DNA from: Gemmatimonadales bacterium
GTDB taxonomy: Bacteria > Gemmatimonadota > Gemmatimonadetes > Gemmatimonadales > GWC2-71-9
Assembly: GCA_035549935.1 (NCBI GenBank)
Contig: DASZPT010000151.1
Coordinates: forward strand, 967-64,966
Reading direction: 5' to 3'
DNA: 64,000 nucleotides
In this document: positions 19,606-29,307 of the stretch, piece by piece
Position numbering within the stretch: position 1 is the stretch's first letter
How the letters are laid out: every line of letters begins with the position of its first letter
Program-made: the position numbers and the translations under genes
Notes under the pieces: model-generated
Told to the model about the DNA's origin: nothing
The model's database searches: none
The model's input: the letters and a program-made list of their open reading frames with translations, nothing else

Positions 19606-21854
19606 GGGCGCGGCCCGCACCCGTCCTGCTCGTCACCTTCGGGGCCGGTCTCGCGACCGGCCTCTCGCATTTTCAGGACCCGGCTCGCGTCGGACTGGTC
19701 CTGCTCGTCGCTGTCTGGCTCGGGCGCCGGACCCTGCTCGGCTTCGGCGCGATGGCGGGGGTCGTCGGCCTCGCGGCGGGTGGCCTCGTGCGTCAGGCCG
19801 AGGGTACGCGCTGCGCGGCCCGGTTGGCCGCGGGCGCAGTCACCGCCGACGTGCGACTGCTCGAACCGGTGCTCCCCGATGCGCGCCTCGCCCGGGCCGA
19901 GGTGGTGGACGGGAGTTGCACCGGTGCGCTCCTCACCCGCTGGCCCCGCGACGCCCGGGTCGAGCCGGGCGCGCTGGTGCGTCTCGAGGGGCGGTGGCTT
20001 CCGCGCCCGGCGGCACTGGGACCCGCCGACGGGCTCCTGCTCGTCGGCGAATTCCAGCCGACCGGGACCGAGCGGAGCCCCGCGACGGCCCTTCGCGGGT
20101 GGCTCGCGACCACCATCCGCCAGCTCTACGGCACACGCGCTGGCACCGTGGATGCCCTCGTGGTGAATCGCCGGGGGGCGATGGCGCCGGAGCTGCGCGA
20201 CCGTTACGCCCGCGCGGGGCTGGTCCACATCCTCTCGATCTCCGGCTTTCACGTCGGGGTCATCGTCGGGTGGATCGTGCTCCTCGCCCGGGCCCTCGGC
20301 GTCCCGGGGCCGAAGGCGACGCTCCTCGCCGCGCTGGTCGCCGCCGGCTACGTCCTCCTCCTCGCCTGGCCCGCGCCCGCGGCCCGGGCCGCGCTTCTCG
20401 CCCTGGTCGTGGCGCAGGCCCGGCTCCGGCAGCGGAACCTCCACCCGATGTCGCTCCTCGCGGCGACCTGCCTGCTGGTGCTGCTCCTCGATCCCTGGGC
20501 CATCTTCGACGCCGGCGCCTGGCTCTCCGCGTCGGCGCTGACCGGCGCGCTCGCCGCCACGCGCTGGAGCGATCGTGCCCTGGGACCGACCTGGCTCTGG
20601 CGGACACTCGCCGGGAGCGTGGGGGCGACGGTGGCCACCGCGCCGATCACCGCGGCGCTCTTCGGCACCGTGTCGATCGTGGGCGTCGGGCTCAACTTCA
20701 TCGCCATTCCGCTCGCCGCGGTGGCGGTGCCGGGCGTGCTCCTCAGTCTCCTGGCAGCGCCCGTCGTGCCGCCACTGGCCCGGGCGCTCGCCGCGGGCTC
20801 CGGCGCCCTCCTGGGCCTGCTGGACCAGGTCGCGTGGTGGGGCGGGGACTGGAGTTTCTCGGCGATCACGGTGCCGGCGGAACCCTGGTCCGCGCTCCCC
20901 TGGCTGGCGGTGCTGGTCATCGCGGCCTGGGGAATCACCGGGCGGTCGACCCGCTGGATCGCCCTGCAGCGCTGGTCCCTCGGCGGGGCGGCGGCCTCGT
21001 GGGTGGTGCTGCTCGCGGCGAAGCTCCCACGCGCTGACGCCGACTCCGGGCTCACGTTACATTTTCTCGATATCGGACAGGGCGATGCGGCTGCGGTGCA
21101 CACCCCCGCCGGCCACTGGGTCCTGATCGACGGTGGCCCGATCGGGGAGGGCTGGGACGCCGGGCGGCGGGTGGTGGTGCCCTTTCTCGAGCGGCAGCGG
21201 GCGCCGGGGGTGGCGCTGGTCCTGCTCTCGCACGCCCACGCCGATCACCTCGGCGGGCTGCCGTCGGTGATCGAGCGGTATCCGCCGGGCGAGGTGCTCG
21301 AGCCCGCGGAGCTGGTGGCCGATCCGCTCTACACCGGTTTCCTGGGTGAACTCGAGGCGCGCGACGTGCCGTGGCGCGCCGGCCGGTCGGGGCTCACCTT
21401 CCAGCTCGACAGCGTCCGCTTCACCATCCTGCACCCGGACAGCGCGTGGCCGGGGTGGCAGGAGGACCTGAACGAGGACAGCCTGGTGCTGCTCCTCGAG
21501 TACCACGGCTTCCGGGCGCTCTTCGCGGGCGATGCGGGGCTGCCGGTGGAACAGTGGCTCGCGGGCCGGGTCGGCCGGGTCGACGTACTCAAGGTGGGGC
21601 ACCACGGCTCCCGCTCCGCCACAGGGGCCGAGTGGCTCAGGGAACTCGAGCCCCGGGTCGCGGTGATCAGCAGCGGGACCGGGAACCGGTACGGTCATCC
21701 GCACCGGGAGGTGCTGGAGCGCCTTGCCCAGGCGAAGGTCTCCGTCTGGCGCACCGACCAGTCGGGGGCGATCCGGGTGGCGGTCGACAGCGCAGGCTAC
21801 GTGGTGGAGGGGAAGGGGCGGGTAGAGCGGTACGGGGTGGGACGAGAGAAGTGA
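19602..21854 (+). CDS. comEC: DNA internalization-related competence protein ComEC/Rec2
   Basis: 750 aa. Polytopic competence domain plus C-terminal metallo-beta-lactamase ([11 protein letters not shown]). Confidence 0.92.
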   Translation: MRARPAPVLLVTFGAGLATGLSHFQDPARVGLVLLVAVWLGRRTLLGFGAMAGVVGLAAGGLVRQAEGTRCAARLAAGAVTADVRLLEPVLPDARLARAEVVDGSCTGALLTRWPRDARVEPGALVRLEGRWLPRPAALGPADGLLLVGEFQPTGTERSPATALRGWLATTIRQLYGTRAGTVDALVVNRRGAMAPELRDRYARAGLVHILSISGFHVGVIVGWIVLLARALGVPGPKATLLAALVAAGYVLLLAWPAPAARAALLALVVAQARLRQRNLHPMSLLAATCLLVLLLDPWAIFDAGAWLSASALTGALAATRWSDRALGPTWLWRTLAGSVGATVATAPITAALFGTVSIVGVGLNFIAIPLAAVAVPGVLLSLLAAPVVPPLARALAAGSGALLGLLDQVAWWGGDWSFSAITVPAEPWSALPWLAVLVIAAWGITGRSTRWIALQRWSLGGAAASWVVLLAAKLPRADADSGLTLHFLDIGQGDAAAVHTPAGHWVLIDGGPIGEGWDAGRRVVVPFLERQRAPGVALVLLSHAHADHLGGLPSVIERYPPGEVLEPAELVADPLYTGFLGELEARDVPWRAGRSGLTFQLDSVRFTILHPDSAWPGWQEDLNEDSLVLLLEYHGFRALFAGDAGLPVEQWLAGRVGRVDVLKVGHHGSRSATGAEWLRELEPRVAVISSGTGNRYGHPHREVLERLAQAKVSVWRTDQSGAIRVAVDSAGYVVEGKGRVERYGVGREK

Positions 21855-21879
21855 GAAGGGAGAAGGGACAAGTGGGGGG
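21846..21879. repeat. GAGAAGG heptamer array C1 (solo arm)
   Basis: GAGAAGT GAGAAGG GAGAAGG GACAAGT followed by GGGGGG. The comEC stop codon lies inside the array. Confidence 0.8.
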
Positions 21880-21961
21880 CCGGGCGGCGACCGCGGGCCG
21901 CTCCCGTCTGCCGGCTCCTCCGACGACACGCAACCGAGGATACCACGTGCTCCCAAGCACC

Positions 21962-22963
21962 ATGGTCACCACGATCGAGCGGTTCATCCTCGATCAGGAA
22001 GAGAAGTACCCCGAGGCCACCGGCGAGCTGTCCAATCTCCTCTACGACATCGCGCTCGCCGCCAAGATCATCGCCGCGAGCATCCGCCGCGCCGGCCTCG
22101 TCAACATCCTCGGCAGCGCCGGCGCCACCAACGTCCAGGGCGAGGAGCAGCAGAAGCTCGACATCTTCGCGAACCAGACCCTGACCAACGCGCTGAATCA
22201 TACCGGGCGGGTCTGTGTCATGGCCTCGGAGGAGGACGAGACCCTGATCCCGGTCCCGGACAACTACCCGGTCGGCAAGTACGTCGTGCTCTACGATCCG
22301 CTGGACGGATCGAGCAACATCGACGTGAACGGCGCGGTGGGCACGATCTTCAGCATCTACCGCCGGGTGAGCATGGAGGGGCGGGGCAGTCTCTCCGACG
22401 TGCTGCAGGCCGGGTGCAAGCAGGTCGCCGCGGGGTACGTGATCTACGGCTCCAGCACGATGCTGATCTACACTACCGGGCAGGGCGTCGCGGGGTTCAC
22501 CCTCGATCCGTCGATCGGCGAGTTCCTCCTCTCGCATCCCCGGATCGTGACCCCGCGGGTGGGGAAGTACTACAGCGTGAACGAGAGCAACTTCGCCCGC
22601 TGGAGCAAGGGCATGCAGTGGGCGGTCCGGGGCTTCCACGGCGACCGCCCCGAGGAGATCAAGGGCAAGAACAGCCGCTACATCGGCTCCCTGGTGGCGG
22701 ACTTCCACCGGAACCTGCTCGCGGGCGGCATCTTCCTGTACCCGGCGGACACCAAGAACGTCCGCGGCAAGCTGCGGCTCCTGTACGAGTGCGCGCCCAT
22801 GTCGTTCATCGCGGAGCAGGCGGAAGGGAGCGCCACCGACGGCACCCGGCGCATCCTCGATATCCAGCCCACCGAGCTGCACCAGCGGACCCCGCTGGTC
22901 ATCGGGTCCCGCGAGGACGTGGGCTACGTGGCGGACACGCTGCGGCGGTTGGGGGAGGGATGA
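21962..22963 (+). CDS. fbp: fructose-1,6-bisphosphatase class 1
   Basis: N-terminus [27 protein letters not shown] aligns with Fbp N-termini. [10 protein letters not shown] motif present. Confidence 0.95.
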   Translation: MVTTIERFILDQEEKYPEATGELSNLLYDIALAAKIIAASIRRAGLVNILGSAGATNVQGEEQQKLDIFANQTLTNALNHTGRVCVMASEEDETLIPVPDNYPVGKYVVLYDPLDGSSNIDVNGAVGTIFSIYRRVSMEGRGSLSDVLQAGCKQVAAGYVIYGSSTMLIYTTGQGVAGFTLDPSIGEFLLSHPRIVTPRVGKYYSVNESNFARWSKGMQWAVRGFHGDRPEEIKGKNSRYIGSLVADFHRNLLAGGIFLYPADTKNVRGKLRLLYECAPMSFIAEQAEGSATDGTRRILDIQPTELHQRTPLVIGSREDVGYVADTLRRLGEG

Positions 22964-22968
22964 GGACG

Positions 22969-22996
22969 CGGAACCCGGAACCCGGAACTCGGAACT
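22969..22996. repeat. CGGAACY heptamer array B3 (4 units, solo arm)
   Basis: CGGAACC CGGAACC CGGAACT CGGAACT. Ends 1 nt before ATG 22998. Fills the 34-nt fbp-mutase gap. Confidence 0.9.
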
Positions 22997-22997
22997 G

Positions 22998-24548
22998 ATG
23001 TCAGAGAGCAAGAAGACCGTCTACGGCCCCCGGGACTGGGCCGGCACACCGGACACCGACCTGGGCCAGCCCGGCCGGTTCCCCTTCACCCGCGGCGTCT
23101 ACCCCGCGATGTACACCGGCCGGCTCTGGACCATGCGCCAGTACGCCGGCTTCGGGACCGCGGAGGAGACCAACGCCCGGTTCCGCCACCTGCTCGCCGC
23201 GGGCCAGAGCGGGCTCAGTACCGCGTTCGACCTCCCCACCCAGATGGGCTACGATTCCGATCACCCGATGGCCGAGGGCGAAGTCGGGCGGGTCGGGGTG
23301 GCGGTGGACACCGTCGAGGATCTGCACGACCTCTTCCGCCAGATCCCGCTCGGCGAGGTCAGCACCTCGATGACCATCAATGCCACGGCGGCGATCCTCC
23401 TCGCGATGTACGTGGTGGTCGGGGAGGAGCAGGGGGTGGCGCGGAAGGCGCTGCAGGGGACGGTGCAGAACGACGTGCTCAAGGAGTACATCGCGCGGGG
23501 CACCTACATCTTCCCGCCCGCGCCCTCTCTCCGGCTCGCGGTGGAGCTCTTCCGCTTCGTCGCCGACGAGGGGATGAACTTCAACCCCATCAGTATCAGC
23601 GGCTACCATATGCGGGAGGCGGGGGCCACCGCCGCGCAGGAGGTCGGCTTCACGCTCGCCAACGCGATCGAATACGTCCGCCAGGCGGTCGCGGCCGGCC
23701 TCGAGGTGAACCGCTTCGGCCCGAGACTCTCGTTCTTCTTCGCGGCGCACAACGATCTCTTCGAGGAGGCCGCCAAGTTCCGCGCGGCGCGGCGGCTCTG
23801 GGCCCGGCTGGCGCGGGAGCGCTTCGACGCCGACGACCAGACCTGCCGGCTCCGCTTCCATACCCAGACCGGTGGCGTGACGCTTCAGGCCCAGCAGCCG
23901 CTCAACAACGTCGTGCGGGTAACGGTCCAGGCCCTCGCGGCGACCCTCGGCGGCACCCAGTCCCTTCATACCAACGGCTACGACGAGGCGCTGGCGCTCC
24001 CCACCGCCGAGGCCGCCACGCTCGCGCTCCGGACCCAGCAGATCCTCGGGTACGAGAGCGGGCTCGGAAACGTGGTCGACCCGCTCGCCGGGAGCTGGTA
24101 CGTGGAGTCCCTCACCGACCGGATCGAGGCGGAGGCCCGCGCCATCGTGGAAGAGGTCGACGGGCTCGGCGGCGCGGCCAGGGCCATCGACCGGGGGTGG
24201 TTCCAGGAGGCCATCGCCCGGAGCGCGTGGCGCCAGCAGCAGGCGCAGGAGAGCGGCGCCCAGGTGGTGGTCGGCGTGAACCGCTTCACCGACGACTCGG
24301 CGGCGCCTGCGATCGCGCGGCCCGATTTCTCCGCCCTGGCCGACCGGCAGAAGGCCCGCCTCGCCGAGGTGAAGGCCCGCCGGGACGAGACGCTGGTGCA
24401 CCAGGGCCTCACCGCCGTGCGCGCCGCCGCCCAGGGGACGGCGCCTCTCATGCCGCCCATCATCGACGCGGTGCGGGCCCGCGCCACCCTCGGCGAGATC
24501 AGCGACGCGCTGCGGGAGAGCTGGGGAGTGTTCCGGCCCGGGAGCTGA
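22998..24548 (+). CDS. methylmalonyl-CoA mutase family protein, catalytic (TIM-barrel) subunit without B12-binding domain
   Basis: 516 aa with [26 protein letters not shown] and [16 protein letters not shown]. Ends before the usual C-terminal cobalamin-binding domain. Confidence 0.93.
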   Translation: MSESKKTVYGPRDWAGTPDTDLGQPGRFPFTRGVYPAMYTGRLWTMRQYAGFGTAEETNARFRHLLAAGQSGLSTAFDLPTQMGYDSDHPMAEGEVGRVGVAVDTVEDLHDLFRQIPLGEVSTSMTINATAAILLAMYVVVGEEQGVARKALQGTVQNDVLKEYIARGTYIFPPAPSLRLAVELFRFVADEGMNFNPISISGYHMREAGATAAQEVGFTLANAIEYVRQAVAAGLEVNRFGPRLSFFFAAHNDLFEEAAKFRAARRLWARLARERFDADDQTCRLRFHTQTGGVTLQAQQPLNNVVRVTVQALAATLGGTQSLHTNGYDEALALPTAEAATLALRTQQILGYESGLGNVVDPLAGSWYVESLTDRIEAEARAIVEEVDGLGGAARAIDRGWFQEAIARSAWRQQQAQESGAQVVVGVNRFTDDSAAPAIARPDFSALADRQKARLAEVKARRDETLVHQGLTAVRAAAQGTAPLMPPIIDAVRARATLGEISDALRESWGVFRPGS

Positions 24549-24620
24549 CCCGCCCCTTACACCGGGCGGAACCACCCGGGCGCTCGCGGGTACTTCCCGT
24601 GTCTCTTACCGCGAGTCCCC

Positions 24621-25058
24621 ATGGCACTGCTCGACGAACTCCTCGGTCACCTCCAGCAGCAGGCTCCCCCGGCGCCGAGCGGCGGCGCCTCGCACGCCGA
24701 CCTCCTCGGCTCGATCACCCAGATGCTCGGCGGCCAGGGCGGGGTGGGCGGGCTCAACGGGCTGGTACAGCTGTTCAACCAGGCCGGCCTGGGACATATC
24801 GTCCAGTCGTGGATCGGAACGGGACAGAACCTTCCCATCTCCGCCCAGCAGCTGCAGCAGGTGCTGGGCTCCGGCGTCCTGCAGGGCCTGGCCGGCCGGC
24901 TCAACATCTCGCCCGACGTCCTGGGACAGCAACTCAGCCACGCGCTGCCCACCGTGGTCGACAAGCTGACGCCGCAGGGGCAGGTCCCCGCCCAGGACCC
25001 CCTCGCTCAGCTCGGCGGGCTCGGCGACGCGATGGGCATGCTCAAGAAGCTGCTGTAG
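24621..25058 (+). CDS. YidB family protein (DUF937)
   Basis: GLGHIVQSWIGTGQNLPISAQQLQQVLG is characteristic of YidB. Confidence 0.85.
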   Translation: MALLDELLGHLQQQAPPAPSGGASHADLLGSITQMLGGQGGVGGLNGLVQLFNQAGLGHIVQSWIGTGQNLPISAQQLQQVLGSGVLQGLAGRLNISPDVLGQQLSHALPTVVDKLTPQGQVPAQDPLAQLGGLGDAMGMLKKLL

Positions 25059-25064
25059 TCCGGG

Positions 25065-25544
25065 ATGGCGCGGATCTATCCCGGCCGCTGGACCGCCGAG
25101 ATCGAGGGAGACTTCGTGGTCTTCCTGATCGGGATGCGGGTGAACCGGCCCTGGAAGGTGCACAAGTGGCTGCAGGTGGTCACCGCCATGAGCCGGATGC
25201 TCGCCGAGCTCCGGGCGCATCCGGAGACGGGGTGCCTCGCGACCGAGGCGGGATTCGGTACCATCGTGCAGTACTGGCGGAGCTTCGAGCACCTCGAGGC
25301 CTATGCGCGCGCCCCGGAGCGCGGGCACTGGCCGGCGTGGACCGCGTTCAACCGCCTTGTCCGGGTGACCAGTGGCGACGTCGGCATCTGGCACGAGACC
25401 TTTCTCGTCCGGGCCGGGGAGTACGAGACACTCTACGGGTCGATGCCCCGCCGCGGGCTGGCGCGGGCCGGGCACCACGTCGAGGTCAATGCCGCGCGGG
25501 ACTCCGCCCGCCTCCGCCTTGCCGGGCGGGCGCCGGTCAGCTGA
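25065..25544 (+). CDS. DUF4188 domain protein
   Basis: 159 aa. The [19 protein letters not shown]...[12 protein letters not shown] pattern matches DUF4188. Confidence 0.8.
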   Translation: MARIYPGRWTAEIEGDFVVFLIGMRVNRPWKVHKWLQVVTAMSRMLAELRAHPETGCLATEAGFGTIVQYWRSFEHLEAYARAPERGHWPAWTAFNRLVRVTSGDVGIWHETFLVRAGEYETLYGSMPRRGLARAGHHVEVNAARDSARLRLAGRAPVS

Positions 25545-25929
25545 CCGCGCCCGCCTTCCGTTCGAAGAGCCAGCCGCCGATCCAGCACTGGGGAATCGAG
25601 AGGACCGCGAGGGCGATGGGATACCAGCGCGGTCCCAGCCCCTTGTTCCAGGTCGCGATTACCCCCACCGTCCCGAGCACCAGGCCGAGGATCCCCAGGT
25701 ACATCGCATGTCGGAGCGGCCGGTTCGGCGCGAGCTTCGCGGTGAGATACGCGCCGCCAATGCTGATCGGGATGCGATACGCCGTGGCGAGCATCGAGAG
25801 CCCGTCGGTGAGCGGCTCTCCCATCGGCGGGTAGACCCCGGCGACGTGCAGCAGGATGTCCACCAGGGTCGTCACCACGATGACGACCAGCACGCCCGCG
25901 ATCACCGCCCACACCGATTTCAGGTTCAT
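25537..25929 (-). CDS. hypothetical 4-TM membrane protein
   Basis: 130 aa, strongly hydrophobic. Lies 16 nt downstream of the LytTR regulator on the same strand. Confidence 0.65.
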   Translation of the reverse strand: MNLKSVWAVIAGVLVVIVVTTLVDILLHVAGVYPPMGEPLTDGLSMLATAYRIPISIGGAYLTAKLAPNRPLRHAMYLGILGLVLGTVGVIATWNKGLGPRWYPIALAVLSIPQCWIGGWLFERKAGAVS

Positions 25930-25945
25930 CGCTCCGCTCCCGTGG

Positions 25946-26725
25946 TCATGGGGCCAGCCCCAGCGCTGCTTCGACCCGCGGCCGCAGGCCCCGCGCCAGC
26001 CGGAGCCGGGTGCCGTCGCCCAGGATGACGAGGTAGTCGCCCCGGAGATACGGCTTGAGTTCCCGCACCCGCGCCAGCCGGACGATGGTCGACCGGTGGA
26101 TCCGGAGAAAGTGCGCCGGATTGAGCTGACGGTCCAGCTCCTTCATCGTGCCGCGGAGGAGGTGGATCGTCTTCCCGGCGTGAACCCGCAGGTAGTCGCC
26201 TCGGGCCTCGATCCAGTCCACCTCGGCGAGGGGGACGACGAGCGACCGGCCCTCCTCGCGCACCACGAGGCGCTCGAGCCAGCGTTCCCCTCCGGGGGGC
26301 TCCAGCGCCTTGAGTGTGGCGAGCAACGGTCCGGCCAGCGCGCCGAGCTGGCCCAGCCGGACCCGTTCCTTGGCGCGCGCCAGCGCCCGGTGGAACCGGG
26401 CGTCGTCGAACGGCTTGAGGAGGTAGTCGACCGCGTGGAGCTCGAAGGCCTTCACCGCGTGCTGGTCCCACGCGGTCACGAAGACCACCACGGGGAGCTC
26501 CGCCTCCTCGAGCGCCCCCAGCACGGCGAGGCCATCCATCCCGGGCATCTGCACGTCGAGGAACACCAGTTCGGGGCGGAGCCGGCGGAGCTGGTCCAGC
26601 GCCTCGATCCCGTCGCCGCATTCCCCCGCGATCGCGATCTCGCCATCACCGCCGAGGAGCAGCCGGAGCACGTCGCGCGCGGCGCTCTCGTCGTCCACGA
26701 TGAGCGTCCGGATCGGCCGGGTCAT
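25946..26725 (-). CDS. LytR/AlgR family response regulator (receiver + LytTR DNA-binding domain)
   Basis: Start MTRPIRTLIVDDE at 26725. Phospho-acceptor context LVFLDVQMPGMDG. C-terminal LytTR region. The remainder of the 614-aa track ORF is discarded. Confidence 0.93.
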   Translation of the reverse strand: MTRPIRTLIVDDESAARDVLRLLLGGDGEIAIAGECGDGIEALDQLRRLRPELVFLDVQMPGMDGLAVLGALEEAELPVVVFVTAWDQHAVKAFELHAVDYLLKPFDDARFHRALARAKERVRLGQLGALAGPLLATLKALEPPGGERWLERLVVREEGRSLVVPLAEVDWIEARGDYLRVHAGKTIHLLRGTMKELDRQLNPAHFLRIHRSTIVRLARVRELKPYLRGDYLVILGDGTRLRLARGLRPRVEAALGLAP

Positions 26726-27816
26726 GCGGGACGCGTCTCGCGATAGGGGAGCACGATCCGCACGGCGTGGCCCCGCGGCGGGTTGAGGTCGAAGTGGAGC
26801 TCGCTGCCGTCCCCGTAGAGCCGGGCCAGCCGCGCCCGGGTGTTGGCGAGCCCGATTCCCGCGCCCCGGTCGGTGTCGGGGTGTGCCGGCGCCAGGCCGT
26901 CGTCGAGGACCGTGAGCGAGAGCGTGCCGGTGCTCCGTGCCGCCTCGACCCGGACCGTGCAGGGTCCCGGGGTCGGCGCCACGCCGTGACGGATCGCGTT
27001 CTCGATCAGCGGCTGGAGGACCAGGTGCGGCACTGGCGCGTCCAGCAGGTCGGCGGGCGCGAGGACCTCCACCGTCAGGCGGTCGCGGAAGCGCACCCGC
27101 TCGATCTCGAGGTAGGTCCGCGCGAAGTCCAGCTCCTGCCGCAACGGGACCTCGTGCGAGGCCGATCGGTCGAGCACCCGCCGGAGCAGGTCGGCGAGCC
27201 CGGTGAGCACCTGGATCGCCCCGGCCTGGTTCCCGGTGCGGACCATCGCCCCGATGGTGTGGAGGGAGTTGAAGAGGAAATGGGGCTGGAGCTGCATCTC
27301 CAGCGCCTGCAGCTCCGCCTTCGTGAGCTGGGTTTCGAGCTCGGCGGCGGCGAGGTCGCGGGCCCGGAGGCGGCGCTGCTGGTCGGCCAGCGTGCTCGCC
27401 GTGACGACCGCAGTGTACACGACCGTGTCGGCCAGGAGCCAGCCGGCGAGGAGCTGGAGCGCCCGGGTCGTGGCCGGCGGGGCGTTCGGCGCCGCGGGCA
27501 GGAGCGGGAAGGCGAGCCAGGCGTAGGCGAGGTTGAGGACTATGGCCAGCAGGAGCGCCGCCGCGAGATGGACCGGCAGGCTCGTGGTCCAGCGGCCGCG
27601 CTCCAGCGGGAACCGGCGCCCCAACCAGATGATGCCGGGGGTGGCGAGGGCCCAGCCCGATGCGAGTCCCAGCTGGGTGAGCAGCGAGATCGACCAGGGA
27701 AGGGCGATGCCCCTCGACAGCGCGTAGCTCGCATGCTGCTGCACCGCGCCCACCAGCCCGTACGCGGTCCAGACGAGGAGGATGAGCCACCAGCCGCGGC
27801 GTGAGATCCCGATCAT
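26722..27816 (-). CDS. LytS-type sensor histidine kinase (His_kinase PF06580 + HATPase)
   Basis: Polytopic N-terminus. LQPHFLFNSLHTI H-box and ENAIRHG, GIGLANTRARL motifs. ATGA overlaps on both sides. Confidence 0.92.
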   Translation of the reverse strand: MIGISRRGWWLILLVWTAYGLVGAVQQHASYALSRGIALPWSISLLTQLGLASGWALATPGIIWLGRRFPLERGRWTTSLPVHLAAALLLAIVLNLAYAWLAFPLLPAAPNAPPATTRALQLLAGWLLADTVVYTAVVTASTLADQQRRLRARDLAAAELETQLTKAELQALEMQLQPHFLFNSLHTIGAMVRTGNQAGAIQVLTGLADLLRRVLDRSASHEVPLRQELDFARTYLEIERVRFRDRLTVEVLAPADLLDAPVPHLVLQPLIENAIRHGVAPTPGPCTVRVEAARSTGTLSLTVLDDGLAPAHPDTDRGAGIGLANTRARLARLYGDGSELHFDLNPPRGHAVRIVLPYRETRPA

Positions 27817-28316
27817 GTCTCCGCTGAGTGCGCCGTGAATCGCCGCCCGAGGATCAGTGCCATGGGTATGCCGATCATCAGGCCATGCTGCACCGTGTTC
27901 ACCAGGAAGGTTCCCGAGCCGATCGGTACCGGACGGGCGCGGCTCAGGGGAAGCACGATCAGGTCCATGCACCACCAGATCACCATCCCCCAGGCAAAAC
28001 CGAGGACGACGCGGCCGCGGGGCCGGGCGACAATCGCCCGGAGCCTCGGTAGGTGACGGAGAAGGAGCCAGAAGATGGTACACCAGATGGCGGCGATGAG
28101 CACGTGCAGGACGCCCCCGAGGAAGGCGGTCGGCAGGCCACCCTGGTAGGCCTCCCGGCCCAGGAGCCCGGTCGCGATCGACTGCAGGAGTTGTTCGGTG
28201 GTGATCTTCTGCCGGACCAGGACCCAGAGCACCCAGACATAGCTCAGGTCAAGCGTGGCAACGGTAAGGATCGCGATGACCATCGTGCGCAGGCCGGCGC
28301 GCGGCGGGGTAGGCAT
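27813..28316 (-). CDS. hypothetical polytopic membrane protein
   Basis: Hydrophobic throughout. Start uncertain (28316, 28283 or 28397). Stop overlaps the kinase start (ATGA). Confidence 0.6.
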   Translation of the reverse strand: MPTPPRAGLRTMVIAILTVATLDLSYVWVLWVLVRQKITTEQLLQSIATGLLGREAYQGGLPTAFLGGVLHVLIAAIWCTIFWLLLRHLPRLRAIVARPRGRVVLGFAWGMVIWWCMDLIVLPLSRARPVPIGSGTFLVNTVQHGLMIGIPMALILGRRFTAHSAET

Positions 28317-28479
28317 GCGGCCTCGTGGTGTCGGGGGCGCGGAAGAACTGCCGGTGTCCACCACTCGAGAGTGGAGTGCCACCCCGCGACGAGGCAAGCG
28401 ACCTGCGGCGAACGGCGGCAGGGATGCGACGAACTGCGACGGGAGCGCGGCGGACCACCGGCGGCCGCCGCGCCGGAGG

Positions 28480-29187
28480 CTACAGGCCGACCTGGACGCC
28501 GAGGTGCATCACGAGCAGGTCGGTGCGACTCTCGACCGGGTCGAGGATCACGCCGCCGCCGGGCGCCGGCTCGATGCTGCCCTCGCGCAGATAGCGGGTC
28601 CGCCCATGGCTCTGGTAGCGCAGGCCGCCGTCGATATACACCGGGTTCCGTCCGTGCGAGACCTGGAACATCACGCCGCCGCCGCCATACCAGGCGAAGG
28701 TCCAGTCGTTGAAGTTGGTGGTCGACGCGAACGGGTCGGTGTTGTCGGAGCCCTCGGCGCTCGTGCGGGTCGCGAAGTTCGAGGCCCCGATCGCCCCCTG
28801 CACGTAGGGCCGGAGCGGCCCGCCCGAGAGGTGGAACTCGGGGCCCACGCCGAAGGAATAGATGTTGTTCGACGTCGTGAGGTCGACCGAGATTCCCGGC
28901 AGGCCGGGGAAGGGCACCCGTTGGGTGGTCCGGCCATACTGGATCCACGACCCGAAGAGACGGATACCGGCCCGCCTGCTGCGGTCGAGCAGGAAGGTCA
29001 CGTTCCCGGCCAGGCCATAGCCGGTCTCCACGAAATCGGCGAACTCCCCCTGCGGCAGCGCCAGCTGCAGGTTGATGCCGGCCAGCGCCCTGGGCACGCT
29101 CGCGGGGGTGACTTCCCGGTAGTTCTGCGCGGCGGCCACGGGCGGGAGGAGGAGGCCGGCGGCGAACAGCAGGGACAACGGCTTCAC
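28480..29187 (-). CDS. outer-membrane beta-barrel protein (OmpA-beta/OmpW-like, uncertain)
   Basis: GTG start with GGAG SD. Signal peptide LLFAAGLLLPPVAAAQ. Alternating aromatic strand pattern. Confidence 0.75.
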   Translation of the reverse strand: MKPLSLLFAAGLLLPPVAAAQNYREVTPASVPRALAGINLQLALPQGEFADFVETGYGLAGNVTFLLDRSRRAGIRLFGSWIQYGRTTQRVPFPGLPGISVDLTTSNNIYSFGVGPEFHLSGGPLRPYVQGAIGASNFATRTSAEGSDNTDPFASTTNFNDWTFAWYGGGGVMFQVSHGRNPVYIDGGLRYQSHGRTRYLREGSIEPAPGGGVILDPVESRTDLLVMHLGVQVGL

Positions 29188-29265
29188 AGGGACTCCAGGG
29201 GGTCGGTTCCGGGGGCAAGAATAACGGCGCTCTGGCCGGGTGTCATCCGGGGGCGTATGTTCAGG

Positions 29266-29301
29266 GAGTTCCGAGTTCCGAGTTCCGAGTTCCGGGACTC
29301 C
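29266..29301. repeat. CGGAACY heptamer array B4 (reverse orientation, 4 perfect GAGTTCC units)
   Basis: GAGTTCC x4 (29266-29293) followed by GGGACTCC. Lies upstream of, or within the 5' end of, the HEAT-repeat gene. Confidence 0.9.
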
Positions 29302-29307
29302 CGCTCC

